A stretch of 64,000 bases of DNA from Octopus vulgaris (taxonomy: Eukaryota): positions 93,620,001 through 93,684,000 of the forward strand of contig OX597822.1 of assembly GCA_951406725.2 (NCBI GenBank). Reading direction: 5' to 3'. Positions 12,640 to 26,354 of this stretch are shown here, piece by piece (position 1 is the first letter of the stretch; each line of letters starts with the position of its first letter). The notes below the pieces were generated by a model that saw nothing but the letters and a program-made list of their open reading frames with translations, made no database searches and had not been told where the DNA came from. The position numbers and the translations under genes were made by a program.

Positions 12640-12805
12640 ATACGACGAGCTTTTTTCAGTTTCCGTTTATCAAATCCACTCACAAGGATTTGGTCGGCCC
12701 GAGGCTATAGCAGAAGACACTTTGTCAAGGTGCCACTCAGTGGGAATGAACCCGGAACCATATGGTCGGGAAGCAAGCTTCTTACCACAAAGCCAGTCCT
12801 GCGCT
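12640..12805 (-). mobile_element. Family A SINE 5' half
   Basis: Reverse complement of the family A head and CORE-like ACCTTGACAAAGTGTCTTCT block; adjacent (CA)n. Confidence 0.75.
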
Positions 12806-12839
12806 TATGTATAAATGTGTATGTGTGCGTGCGCGCGCG

Positions 12840-13170
12840 AACCTTGCGAACCACTTCTGTACAGTTCTTTCGGATAAAGAAACATCACCGTAAACTGCGC
12901 ATATTTCTTTGGTTGCTTGTGATGCATTTTCCCCTTTACGGAAAAAGAAAAGCATCAAGTGTCGAAAATGAACTTTCTTATCTCCCATATTAAAGGGTTA
13001 CAGAATTAACACAGGTTATAAGAACATAAACCTTCTTCCACGAAAAGATAGCTTAAACTGTGCTCTAAATTGAGGTGTAGTCAAATCCTATTTTATGGAC
13101 TCAACCATGTTCTAAAATAAGTCGAAAGGTAAGCTACTATAAATCGGCACGAACTTTCCGGACAACTCAA
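12840..13170 (-). mobile_element. 5' fragment of a second mariner family (N-terminal HTH plus TIR)
   Basis: ORF MGDKKVHFRHLMLFFFRKGENASQATKEICAVYGDVSLSERTVQKWFARF; terminus TA|TTGAGTTGTCCGGAAAGTTCGTGCCGATTT on the minus strand. Confidence 0.85.
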
Positions 13171-13571
13171 TAATTTCATCTTCAAAACCTTGTATGCGCA
13201 CATTTTTTCCTTTGTGTATTACTTACAAATATGTGCGTGCGCACAACCCCCCAGCTTAGCTGAAGCATTAATGTCGACGTTCTTCCATTACTAATCCCTA
13301 CATCATAACTTGAAGGATATTCCTTTACGAAGGATGATTGATGATATTTTAATTATTTCCCCACTTTTTTCAGTTTCAGTTACGTAATTATTTGTTTGGA
13401 GTTTATTTCACTCATCACAAGATTAACTTCACAATTTCGAAGATTTTTATCTGATATTAAATTAAAATATGAATTGATTTAATGAAAAGAGGATTCTTGC
13501 GTTCGTTTAACTTGTTAGAAATAGTAGCTAAATATGCTTTCGCGTCATTGCCTTACATATGTTACTTACTA

Positions 13572-13872
13572 GCACTCCGTCAGTTATGACGACGAGGGTT
13601 CTAATTGATCCGATCAAACGGAACAGCATGCTCGTGAAATTAACGTGCAAATGGCCGGGAACTCCACAAACACGCGTATCCTTGACATAGTTCTCAGGAA
13701 GATTTAGCGTGAGACGGAATATGACAAAGGCCCTTTGAAATAGAGCCAATACTCATTTTTGACGACTGTGTGGACTGGAGCAACGTGAAATAATGTGTTT
13801 TACTCAAGGACACAACGCACCGTCAGGGATCAAACTCACAACCTTAAGATCGTGAGCTGAATACCCTAACCA
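13572..13872 (-). mobile_element. tRNA-derived SINE (family D) with CORE-like and Nin/Deu-like blocks
   Basis: Minus strand: TGGTTAGGGTATTCAGCTCACGATC head, CGTTGTGTCCTTGAGTAAAACAC, and TGTTCCGTTTGATCGGATCAATTAGAACCCTCGTCGTC. Domain names are from recall, not a search. Confidence 0.6.
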
Positions 13873-13914
13873 AGGGGGAAAATGGGAAATCTAATCATTA
13901 TGAACATGCATAAC

Positions 13915-14585
13915 ACATACATACATACATACATACATACATACATACATACATACATACATACATACATACATACATACATACATACATACATACATAC
14001 ATACATACATACATACATACATACATACATACATACATACATACATACATACATACATACATACATACATAAATACATACATGCATGCATACATACATAC
14101 ATACATACATGCATGCATGCATACATAAATACATACATACATGCATGCATACCTACATACATACATACATACATACATACATACATACATACATACATAC
14201 ATACATACATACATACATACACGCACACATACATACATACATACATACATACATTCATACATACATACATACATACACACATACATTCATACATACATAC
14301 ATAAATACATACATACATGCATACATACATACATACATACATACATACATAAATACATACCTACATACATTCATACATACATACATACATGCATACATAC
14401 ATGCATACATACATACATACATACATAAATACATACATGCAAGCATACATACATACATACATACATACATACATACATACATACATACATACATACATAC
14501 ATACATACATGCATACATACATACATTCATACATACATACATGCATACATACATACATACATACATACGTACGTACATACATACA

Positions 14586-14619
<34 letters not shown>

Positions 14620-14761
14620 CATGCATGCATGCATGCATACATACATACATAAATACATACATGCAAGCATACATACATACATACATACATACATGCATAC
14701 ATACATACATACATACATACATACATACATACATACGTACGTACGTACGTACATACATACA

Positions 14762-14795
<34 letters not shown>

Positions 14796-14945
14796 CATGC
14801 ATGCATGCATGCATGCATACATACATACATACATACATACATACATACATACATACATACATACATGCATACATACATACATACATACATACATACATAC
14901 ATACATACATACATACATACATACATACATACATACATACATACA

Positions 14946-14973
<28 letters not shown>
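13915..14973. repeat. About 1.06 kb (ATAC)n tetranucleotide array
   Basis: Direct reading; variant blocks such as AAATACATACATGCAAGCATAC recur, indicating higher-order duplication. Confidence 0.97.
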
Positions 14974-14976
<3 letters not shown>

Positions 14977-15429
14977 GGATATCTGTGTGCATGTATATTC
15001 TTTTATCCTTTTACTTGTTGAGTCATTTGACTACGGTCATATTGGAGCACCATGCATGTATACGTATATACATATATGTATTGATGTGTGCGTGTGTACG
15101 TGTTCTACTCTTTCTATATATATATGCTTATGTTCCTTGGTTGCAGGACATAAGTTAGGAGTATTTTGTAACTGATGACTTCCAGTGAGGCAGAAACATA
15201 TATCCCTTATTGTTCTCTTATCCCCAGAAAATAAGCCTGTCCGTTTCCTTAAATGGCACGTTAGTTTTGGAGAAATGTTCTCCTGATATGCAGCTGGCTT
15301 TAATTGCCTGTTGGAATTATGACATATTCTAAAACTGGAGATAACTTTCATAATTCAAGAATTTTTGTTGTATAATTGATATAACTATATTTGTTTATGT
15401 TATTCAAGTACATGCCACTGGCCACTCTC

Positions 15430-15600
15430 AGTTTGCAGTGAGCAGACAGGAACATCGTGATCAAGTTCGTGTGAATTTTAAGTGGAGACAGCAACAAGAA
15501 CCTGCTTCAAATGGTTTTGTTTGTGATTGTAGATTTGTAGTATGCAGCAAAGCACGGCTCACTTCCCACAATTGGAAGCATAAATCTACTCAAGATCGCC
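15430..15600 (+). mobile_element. Possible RTE-type LINE 3' end with degenerate C2H2 finger
   Basis: ORF 15438 reads GFVCDCRFVVCSKARLTSHNWKH, resembling the terminal Zn finger of RTE-like ORFs. Confidence 0.45.
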
Positions 15601-15780
15601 AGTCAGCTATATATAAATATGAAAATGGAACAAAAGCGGAATAGAGGGCATTAAAGCGTCCGGACAGATAGACAACTCAAAGGCGGACAAGTGAAACAAC
15701 TAGAAGGACAGGCAAATAAAAGACGAGTCATTCTTGGCTTTCTTTCATCAGTCAAGTACCAGAAGTCACGACCATTTCGG

Positions 15781-15816
<36 letters not shown>

Positions 15817-16694
15817 AAATCCGGTACTTATCGCTACAAACATACATGTTGACAGTTTATAGGGGTAGGTGTTACTGTGTGTCTAGATAGGTGTATAATT
15901 GTGTATGGGTTTGTAGGGTAGAGTTGAAGGGGAGTCAGAGAGGAAGAAGTGAGCGAAAAACCTTGAAAGTGGAGAAAGAGTAAAGAAAATAAGTAGAAAC
16001 GTGTGTTGGGCAACAGAGGGAGAGTGGAGAGAAAGAGGAGTATGGGATGGATGAAGAGAATAGGAGATATAGGAAAGACAAGGAGGGAGGCGGGGAAGTG
16101 AAGAAGGCGGGGAGAGAAGAGGAAGAGATGGAGGAGATGATAAGGAAGAGAGGAGAAAGAAAAGGCAAAGAAATGGAGTGAGGAGGAGGAGGGGAGGAGG
16201 AGGATGTTATAGCTGTGCGTGTAGGAGTGTTTCTGTTTGGTGTTTGTTTATAAAAGAGAATGCAATTGAGAAGAGAGATAACATATTTGCATGCGTGAAT
16301 GTATATGCTTGTGCGTGTACGGGCGCGTATACCCCATGCATCTCGCTACTTACATAGAAATACCCTATGATTATAGAGATAGAATCAAGATCTCACACAT
16401 GAAACAGCTTCTGCTTTGCTATCACTTTTCATTTCGTTTACAATATTAAAAGAAGAAAAAAAGGAAAAAAAAGGGGGGAGGGCGAAAGAAAATCAACTAT
16501 TTTGTTTCCATTCATTTATATGCATTCTTGTAACTTGTTTGCCTTTTGAATAGTGCTGAGAGTTTTCGTAGATTTCTAGTATACGTCAGACCCCTCAGTT
16601 TATGGCCACAGGGTATCTTTTTTGTCATAAACAGCAGTGACAAATTCATATGACACCGCAAATAATTGTTGTTGACAAAGATCCAGAGATATTG

Positions 16695-16902
16695 TATTCA
16701 CCTCAATAGACGTCATTGATTGGTTGAAATTGTCGAAATGCAAGAAATTTAACAACAAATAGCTTACAAACTACAGAATTGTCTCAATAAAGCCAAGAGA
16801 AAAAGATGTTTTATAAACACATTTTACCAATATACGAAGTTTAAAAGTGTTTAGTTACAAAGAAATTATTTGAAAAATCTGCCGGTCAAAGCGAAAAGAT
16901 CC
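16695..16902 (-). mobile_element. Half copy of the GG-ended 8-bp-TSD MITE family
   Basis: Reverse-complement match to 37185-37390, ending ..GCGAAAAGATCC. Confidence 0.75.
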
Positions 16903-17274
16903 GTTTCTGCTTTTCGCCTTCTTTCTTCTTTTTTTGTCTCTTCTCTTCTTCATTCCTCTGTTCTTGCTGACAGTCATGGAAGAGAGAACGGGGAACTCTT
17001 CGTACAACCTGCTGTTCCACATTCTTTCTTCACTTCCACTATCCGTCGCCATGTTCAAAGTTTATATCTTCGAAGAAATTTTCGAAGAATTTTGAAACAA
17101 AAGAGGGTTGTGTAGGCCCCTCAAAATAGGGCTTTCGCCGACAAAAGTCAGCTCCTCAGAAGAGCAACTGGCTTGCAAAACAATTTAAACAAAAATGAGA
17201 TATAAAAACTTTTAAACAAGTGAAACTTTCACAAACTTTAAGGAGCTCCAAAACAACACGCCCAGCTATGGCGA

Positions 17275-17296
17275 CAACAACAACAACAACAACAAC

Positions 17297-17339
<43 letters not shown>

Positions 17340-17426
17340 GAACAACAATAACGATAACAATAACAATGATAATAACGATAACAATAATAATGATAATAAT
17401 ATAGTAGTAGTAGTAGTAGTAGTAGT

Positions 17427-17467
<41 letters not shown>

Positions 17468-17647
17468 GGTAGTAGTAGTAGTAGTAGTAGTAACGACGAC
17501 GACGATAATGATTTTATTTTCGGCAACGACAGCACAAATAGAAAACGTTTAAATACATCATTGGAGACAGAACATTTAAAAGTGCAATATAAATCATCAG
17601 TGCTTATATAATACACAGACTCTGCACAGTCTGAAACCGTACGTATT

Positions 17648-17745
<98 letters not shown>

Positions 17746-17747
17746 TG

Positions 17748-17797
<50 letters not shown>
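17275..17797. repeat. (AAC)/(AAT)/(TAG) compound microsatellite followed by a (GT)n tract
   Basis: Direct reading, 17275-17505 and 17650-17797. Confidence 0.95.
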
Positions 17798-17799
<2 letters not shown>

Positions 17800-18027
17800 A
17801 CTAGTTAAATATTAAAAATGTCAATCTCAAGAACAAACGGATGCAGCCAAAAGTCCAAGAGAGGTTTAATATCAACAGAAATTTGCATAATTAAATTAGA
17901 AGTCTGAGTTGGTTACAAAGTGTTGCCATGAGGATCACAATTCGAACAAAAGAAAGTATAAATTTCTGGATTTATATAAATCGATCACCAAGGAAATAGA
18001 AAGCAGTTTACAGATCTTTCATATATA

Positions 18028-19155
18028 CGAGGGGCGTTCAATAAGTAATGCCCCTGACCCACTTCCCATAGCAGTAGAGCAACGAAACTTGGCACAGTTA
18101 TTAGTCTTTTTCTACACAGGAACCACCCAGAGTTACGCATTTCTCCCATCGTTTGATGCGGCTCTGGAGACCGTTTTTGTAGAAGAACCCAGCTTGGTCC
18201 TCCAACCTCAACGTGACTTCAGAAATCAAGCGAGTTGTGGACCGGAGCGTTGTCCTGCAGGAGGAGGATACCTTTGCTGATCTTGCCCCGCCTCTTGATT
18301 TTGATAACTTCTCTTAATTTCCTCAAAAGTGAAGCATAATAGGCTCCTGCAATTGTGGTACCCTTTGCCAGGAAATCTGTCATCACTACTCCGTCCTGGT
18401 CCCAGAAGACTGTGAGCATGACCTTGCCAGCGGAGGGCTGCACCCTTGCCTTCTTTGGAGGGGGTGAGTCACGGTGCTTCCACTGCATTGACTGGGCTTT
18501 GGTCTCTGGATCATCGTGATGGACTCAGGTTTCATCCTGTGTAATCAGTCTTTTGAAAAATTTTGACTCATCTTCTTGGCACATCTCCAAATTCACCCTC
18601 GAGTACTCGACGCGTTCTTGCTTCTGGAAAGGCGTGAGCAACCTGGGAATCCATCTGGCAGACACCTTTTGCATATGCAAATGGTCATAAATGATAGTTT
18701 CCACAGACCCGGTACTAATCTTGACCTCATGGGCTATTTGGCGAATAATTATGCGTCGATCTTCCAAAATGGCAGCCTCAACTTGACGGACAGATGCCTC
18801 ATCAATGGCAGAAGGGGGCGACCAGATCTGGGAGCTGTTTCCACAGAGTTCCGACCATGTTTGAATTCACGATGCCAGCGTTTTACAAGGTCATATGATG
18901 GGGCATCATCACCATAAGTTACTTTCATTTCATCAAAAGTCTCCCGTGGTGTGCGTCCTTTCAAATACAAAAACCGGATCACTGCTCGACACTCAACAGG
19001 CTCCGTTTCACACTTGACTCGGTTCAAACACCTGTAAATCAGAAACCACAATTAATTCAGAGCTGTAATTTGCCACTTAATTTATAGTGATATAAATGAT
19101 TGCACATGCAACAACTGCAAGTGGGTCAGAGGCATTACTTATTGAACGTCCCTCG
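18028..19155 (-). mobile_element. Mariner DNA transposon copy 2, internally deleted
   Basis: Same TIRs as 9215-10488, TA flanks at 18026-27 and 19156-57, near-identical body; lacks the segment equal to 9418-9562. Confidence 0.95.
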
Positions 19156-19523
19156 TATCACTACAAAGACATTCTATTTTCAGTTCTCCTGCCATTAAAG
19201 GCAACCAACTTTTCTATGTTACGAATTAAGTCGCTCTTGCGTTACTGGTAAAACACACGTAACTTAGTACAACTTGTATGGGCGAGTCGTCGGCTACTAA
19301 ACCGGCAACGCAACCAAGCTTACTTGTTGAGTAGTTTTTGAACATCTGATGGGATGAAACACAATACCAGTCAAAGGGCAGATGAACTAAGGAGAGTCAA
19401 TGGCCATCCAATAATACTCAAGGGTAGATGATGCTCACCAATCATAGCATGTATGTATCTGTGTATGTACGTATGTATGTATGTATGTATGTATGTATGT
19501 ATGTATGTATGTATGTATGTTTA

Positions 19524-20077
19524 TGTCAGGTCACTTTCGAGTGCTACTGGTAACATGTAACCCAGTACAACCTGTTGCATGGTCGGGTCGTCGGCGACTA
19601 AACCGGCAACCCCACCAAGCTTGCTTGGTGAGGAGGGTATTTATTGGTCACCCTGCGGGATGAAAAACAAAACCCGTCAAAGGGCAGAGGAACTCTTGAG
19701 AATGAACGGCCATCCAATAAATGTCTTAAGGCTGTATCATGCGCGGGGACATAGAAATAATCGGACTGAATACCCGATCACGCGGTTAAGCCATTGGGTG
19801 TGAAGGACTCCTAGCCTTTGTTAGGGCATCCTTCTAGAAGAAGGCAACTCAGGTAACTGGGATAACTCCGACATAAAACCTGCGGCCCAGTGGTTACCGA
19901 TGATGTTGACTTGTTCTTCTTTTCGGATTATCGCTGCTATTGCTTAGTGAGTGGGTTGACTCAGTGCACAGCCTTTCCTCACTTTAAAAAGAATCTTCTT
20001 GCACAGGCATTGCACGATAAGAACATTGATTAAGCTTCGTGCAATGGCCATACTCGATAACGAGGGGGCAGCCACCA
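19524..20077 (+). mobile_element. Non-coding retroposon-like element between (ATGT)n arrays, resembling RTE 5' UTR-derived elements
   Basis: About 550 bp GC-richer unit bounded on both sides by (TATG)n; a diverged partial copy lies at ~19225-19440 and a reverse-strand relative at ~31170-31230. Confidence 0.55.
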
Positions 20078-20768
20078 ATGTATGTATGTAAGTATGTATG
20101 TATGTATGTATGTATGTATGTATGTATGTATGTATGTATGTATGTATGTATGTATTTATGTAAGTATGTATGTATGTATTTGCATAACAAGACAAAAGAA
20201 ATGAAGGAAAAGGCTCATAAGATAATGTCATATAAGGAAACTGAACTTAGCGCCAACAATAAAATAATTATTTGAAACTCATTATCTACATCAATTTTAA
20301 GATGATTTGAAAGTGAATCGAAAATAAATTAAGAAAGAAGACGTCATTCTAAATCAATCAAAATCCTGCAATTTAAAGCTCCACAAATTTATTGCAAATG
20401 AGAACGAATTCGTTAAATATAAAAGATGAAAGAAAAACTGACACAAAAGAGTCTAAAGATAATAACTAATCGATAGTAAGAGCATATTTTATAAATCAGG
20501 GAATATAGGAAGTATCTTTACTGGTTAAAAGAAGTGATTAGACAAAAATAAAGAGATGCTGATACTAAAAGTAATATACCAAAAGAAAGCAAAGTAAAAT
20601 ACATGAATTAGATAAATAGAAACAGAAGCTCAAAGATAAAACCAAAGTAAAACTCTTTTTTAGCCGGGTCATCATTCCAGTGAGTTTTAGTTAGCAATTC
20701 ATCGTTGGTTGTACAAAATATTAGGTAAGCTGTGTGTGAAAGAGACTAATATTTTAGTACGTTTACTA

Positions 20769-20985
20769 AGGCGGCTAGCTGGCAGAAACGTTAGCACGCC
20801 GGGCTAAATGCTTAGAGGTATTTCGTTTGCCGTTACGTTCTGAGTTCAAACTCCGCCAAGGTCGACTTTGCCTTTCATCCTTTCGGGGTCGATAAATTAA
20901 GTACCAGTTGCATACTGGGGTCGATATAATCGATTAGCCCCCTTCCCTGAAATTTCGGGCCTTGTGCCTAGAGTAGAAAAGAATC
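20769..20985 (+). mobile_element. Family B SINE
   Basis: GGCGGCTAGCTGGCAGAAACGTTAGCACGCCGGG ... GCCTTTCATCCTTTCGGGGTCGATAAATTAAGTACCAG ... GGCCTTGTGCCTAGAGTAGAAAAG. Confidence 0.85.
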
Positions 20986-21125
20986 GTTATCACACCGGGC
21001 AAAATGTTTAGCAGCATTTAAACATCTTCATAGTGTATTGTTCTTTGGTTTGAATATTTTAGCACCTTTCTTTAATTTGGGATTGATAGGTTTCTTACTT
21101 TCCATTAACATATTATTCTCGCTAT

Positions 21126-21202
<77 letters not shown>

Positions 21203-21499
21203 ATATATTATATTATTTATTGATAGATACTACATATGTATATTTATTATATGGTTAGCTTATGTAAGGAGTTTGTCTATATTTGAAACATTTCTTATTT
21301 TGATTACAATTTAATGACTTTTTATAGCTTTGTGTCTTTTATTTAATTTTAAAGTATTTAATTATTGAATTATTATTTTATTTTTCAATTATGTATATTT
21401 AGCATTTTCATATACATATATATTTATATATATGTGTATATATATGTATATATTTAAGTATATTTATTAATTAGTTATTTTACTGTTCTATTATATTTT

Positions 21500-21586
21500 A
21501 ACCTGATGAGCGACTATATTTATATGCAAATGATTTCTCTACTACTATAATCATTTCTTAAATATAGCAGCGAAACACGTGTCGTT
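21500..21586 (+). ncRNA. Type I minimal hammerhead ribozyme motif (Penelope-like element remnant)
   Basis: AAC-CTGATGA-[stem II GCgaCTATATTT..AAATATAGcaGC with inner AAATGATT/AATCATTT]-GAAAC-ACGT-GTC-GTT; stem I AAC/GTT; palindromic stem III ACACGTGT; predicted cut after C21583. Confidence 0.75.
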
Positions 21587-21746
21587 TTTCTACCTATTTA
21601 ATACATTACATTATTCTTGTAATTTAATTAATCTTTACTTTTTAACTGTTATTTTAATTTTAACTTTTATATTATGTGTAATTTTCTAGATGGTGTAATT
21701 TAATTATTCATTTTGAATTGATAAAAGGTGGGTTTTTTCTAATATT

Positions 21747-21789
<43 letters not shown>

Positions 21790-22924
21790 TAAATTAGAGA
21801 CAAAACCACTATTAGGCCAATCAAACAATGAAAGACTTAAGCCAATACATATGATTAATTTATATTATTTAAATATGTAACAAAATTATTAAAAAATATA
21901 ATTAATATCCCACTACTATCGTTTCCTGCCTGCTGTCTTCAAATTTTTGAGTCGCAGTCATTCATATATAAAATGGAACAACAAAACATCCAGATAGACG
22001 ATACAAAGAAACTAAGGACGGATAATTCGAAGTTTTCTTCCTCAGTCGAGTACCAGATTATCTTCGCAATTTCGGCTGATTATACTCGAGATTGCTCCAA
22101 TCTGGCCAGCCCCAAGGAAAATCTAAGCTAGGAGCATTAGATTCCTTGGAAGAAACCAGCGAATGTATACAAAAACAAGGACGAAAGAAATCGGACAATG
22201 TTACACAAATATATTAAAAATAATAATAGGACATAACAACAGGTGTCTTTCGAGTAAAGACGAATGAAATTTAACTGACTTGTATGGAAACGAAGCCTTA
22301 CGTCAGGGATACAAGATTTCACAGGCACAGGGAGGAATATCGATGTTGCACGGACAACGGCGAGACCAAGAAAGAAAGATCAGGCTTGGCCGAACGCCGG
22401 TCACGTGGGAAGAGAATAGAGAGAGGTAGAGGCAGAAGGACAGAAGAATTAAGGAGGGGCGAGAAAAAATGACGTGTTGGGATTCTTCTTTATCTTCTTC
22501 CAATGTTGCTCCAGTTAATTTAAATATAACGCATATGACAATAGAGAATATATATACACAACATGTAAGCACTACGCATATAGTATATATATGTGCGTGT
22601 ACACACATATATATATATATAGAGAGAGAGGGGGGAGGGAGATAGAGAGAAAGGAAGAGAAAAGGGAGGTGATAGAGAGGAAGCGATAAGCAGGAGTTGT
22701 AGGGAGGTGGGGTCTGACTGCCTATGGATGACACGAGAAGGCAGAAATTTATAGGCAAGAGAGATCTTTAACGGATAATCGTCAAAAGACATAGTCTCTT
22801 AAGCCGCGATAGAGAATTTTCTTGTATATATATATACATATATGCACACGCACACATACAGAAATATATTCATATACATACACACACAAATATTTATACA
22901 TACATACATACATACATACATACA

Positions 22925-22971
<47 letters not shown>

Positions 22972-23225
22972 TGCATGATATATGTGCTTGAAGGTGAAAT
23001 GAATTAACATTAGATTGCTAACTACAAGATAAAGCATGAACAACAACAAAAACAACTACAACTGCCTCTTTTTAGAGCCTCTCCTTTTCCCATTCCTGTA
23101 CAGGCTCTTTTATTTATAAAAGCAAATGTTTTGGTCATATGGCAAGAACTTAAGTCATAATGTATTGAAGGCATATTTTATTATAAAATGGTATTTTATG
23201 TATATTTACGTTTATTTTAAGTTCG

Positions 23226-23299
<74 letters not shown>

Positions 23300-23325
23300 C
23301 ATCATTATTATTATTATCATTATTA

Positions 23326-23371
<46 letters not shown>

Positions 23372-23382
23372 CATTATTATTA

Positions 23383-23413
<31 letters not shown>

Positions 23414-23478
23414 CATTATTATTATCATCATCATTATTATTATTATTATTATTATCATTATTATTATTATTGTTATTA

Positions 23479-23557
<79 letters not shown>

Positions 23558-23589
23558 CATTATTATCATTATTATTATTATCATTATTA

Positions 23590-23650
<61 letters not shown>

Positions 23651-23730
23651 CATTATTATTATCATTATTATTATTATTATTATTATTATCATTATTATTA
23701 TCATCATCATTATTATTATTATTATTATTA

Positions 23731-23789
<59 letters not shown>

Positions 23790-23812
23790 GTTATTATTGT
23801 TATTATTATTAG
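23226..23812. repeat. (TTA)n array, about 590 bp
   Basis: Direct reading; the TCA interruptions recur in a duplicated pattern. Confidence 0.97.
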
Positions 23813-23822
23813 TATCATTATT

Positions 23823-24157
23823 GAGTGAGAGAGCAGTTCATGCCATCAAAGTGACACTGGGGTAAAATATACGAAGCCCAATATACCCATCACGACTACC
23901 CGTCTGATAAGGGTACACCAGGCACATGCATCACAACCATATGTGCGCGATATTGTGATCTCATATCAAGATAAACAGCACATGACCTTGCAGGTGGGGC
24001 CCAGTTAAAATTTTCTTCAGGTTGAGTAGCCCATCCCGCTCAAAAGGTCCCTGAATAAGGGTTGTTTAAGGATGTTGAAAGAACCACCCATGTTTCCAGA
24101 GGTGAATTATTCAAACCCCAAAGAATCCCTCTCAACACATGGCTATGATGCTCCCCC
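23823..24157 (-). mobile_element. Non-coding (TAA)n-embedded retroposon, 5'-truncated copy
   Basis: Reverse-complement match to 56120-56453; (TTA)n on both sides. Confidence 0.75.
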
Positions 24158-24162
24158 TATTA

Positions 24163-24235
<73 letters not shown>

Positions 24236-24265
24236 TGTTATTATTATTATCATTATTATTATTAT

Positions 24266-25175
24266 GCCTTCGTAACACAGTGTCGGTAAAAATGCGCCGA
24301 AGTCTTTAGTCATCATTCAAGTCACAACAAGGACCTCAGACAGATAATACTTTCCCTAACATGTACGCTGTGCCCAATAAGGCTCCTTTTTGCAAGACAT
24401 CAATCTTGTATGTGATTTCCAGTTGCCTTAAGTAATCTTGAAGTTTCAATGGGATTGAGCCCACGTTCCGATCACCACTGGTATTAATTTCATGTTACCC
24501 TTTCGCATTCCATACAGTCTTGCCATTTCCACTTTTAATTCGGAGTACTTGGTGATTGTTTCAACCTATTTACTCACACCATTCATGTCATTTGGTATGG
24601 CTTCATCAATGATCTGACAGTGTTCATCTCTATTATTCAATATGAACATATCCGGCCGACGGTGTTCGATTATACGATCCATCCGAAAATCATAGTCCCA
24701 GAGTGTCGTTACTTTTCCATCATCCTGCATAACTTTACTTGGTACATGCTTATACCAGTTGTCTGCTACTTCATATTAGTATTTACAGCATAAGAGCCAA
24801 TGAAGATTCACACTTTATCGTGACGGCGCTTGTATTCTTTTTGTGCAAGGCTCTCACACCCACTTAGCAAGTGGGTCACATTTTCCATACTCTTTCCACA
24901 GAGTCTGCATTTCTGGGTATCAGAAGTTTTATAGATGTTATACTTCACTGAATTGGTAGTGAGACCTTGGTCTTGTGCAGCAATGATCAGGCTTTCGTTT
25001 GTACGCTTCAGATCACTTCGATCAAGCTATGCGCACAATGCTGACTTATCCTTAACGTCCTGTGTAATCCTTTGAAACTGTCCATGCATTCTCATTTCAA
25101 GGTCTTCTCTTCTCTTCTCCTTAGCTCTTTGGTTAAACACTTCCTTGCCCATCAATACATCAGTATTTCGCGGTA

Positions 25176-25176
<1 letters not shown>
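24266..25176 (-). mobile_element. R4/Dong-type LINE 3' fragment within a (TTA)n array
   Basis: Minus strand: MHGQFQR..ESLIIAAQDQGL..CRLCGKSMENVTHLLSGC..EYKRRHDK..WDYDFRMDRIIEHRRPDM..KYSELKVEMARL; (TTA)n on both sides. Confidence 0.85.
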
Positions 25177-25235
<59 letters not shown>

Positions 25236-26354
25236 AGCAGCGATCTGACAGAATTTTGCACGCCGGGCAAAATGATTTTTAAACCTGGTGCCTTCTTATA
25301 TTGGTCTCCTTTGCCGAGCTGCTAAGTTACACGTACACAGGTATATACACATACAATGTCTGTGGTTGGCCTAAGTCTACAGTTGAAAACACTTACCCAA
25401 GGTACCATGCGGAGAGACTGAACGTGGAACCATGTGGTATGGAAGCAAATTTCTCAACCACACAGTCATTCTTACACCTAATTTGTGTGTGTGTGTGCAT
25501 GCGTTTGGGTTTACATTTGTTGTTAAATAGAGTATTGTGTCCTACTATGTTTCAAAATTAGCAGTTCATGAAGCAGAGATCTATAAAATAAATGCCAGAT
25601 TGAAATATGTACTGAGTTCAGTATGATCAATTAAATTTTTGAAGGTGATACCCCATCATGGCGACAGTCGAAAAACTAAACCCATTAAAATAATGTTTAA
25701 AGACTTAATGGCTTCAAATTTAAGGTAATGGATTACTAATTACAAGGTCATGAGTTCAAAACTTTGTATTTAACCTCCACTCTATACTGTAACACTATAT
25801 GTACATCTCCCCTTACTTGACTTCCAACAATTAACAAGTTGAATGGTTAACAATAAGAAAGATGTCCTGAATTAAAAAAAATATATTGTGCAAAATATTC
25901 TGAGAAAAAGTATTTTTTCATCACAACAAAACACACACAGAGAAATAGGTTTCTCTGTGGTAACTAGGGCTACTACAAACAGCTAAATATCTCTTAAAAC
26001 ACATCCTTTCATCATAAGAAAGACACAGATTTACAGTATTTCAGAAAGAAAAAAAGTGTGCAATGGGTCTGCTACAAAAGAGGTAACTCCGGGCTAAACA
26101 GAACACAGGCATACATACTTCACATTAAAATATTATCTTCTAAATAATACTAATAAAGTTGACGGTATATCTTCGAAGTTTCACTCTCTGATAAAACTCC
26201 ATGTATTTTAAACATTTTCTCATTATGCTCTATGTAAGACATAACAATTGTTCAGAAAGTGTTGTCTCCCATAGCTAAAGACCTCAAAATTGTGTGACCC
26301 GACCTCGTTTTCGAAGTTATACTTGTAGTAAAAAAAGAGTGGTTGTGTAAAAAA

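Noticed and set aside
13866-15175. Long ORFs (up to 357 aa) of YIHT/MYVC repeats
   Set aside because: They are translations of the (ATAC)n microsatellite, which lacks stops in most frames.
15171-15208. CTGATGA-cttccagtgaggca-GAAAC-atat-ATC (similar weak cases at 15725-15755, 22025-22050, 31735-31765, 48735-48765)
   Set aside because: Stem I or III does not pair, or core bases are missing; too degenerate to call individually.
20660-20731. Possible small exon (TTTTTTAG ... TAG|GTAAGC)
   Set aside because: No recognisable peptide and no other support; such motifs arise often by chance in 64 kb.
23126-23865. Poly-Tyr, poly-Ile and poly-Leu ORFs (also 5500-6083, 17266-17616, 46337-46790, 56452-56949)
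   Set aside because: Artefacts of trinucleotide and dinucleotide repeats.
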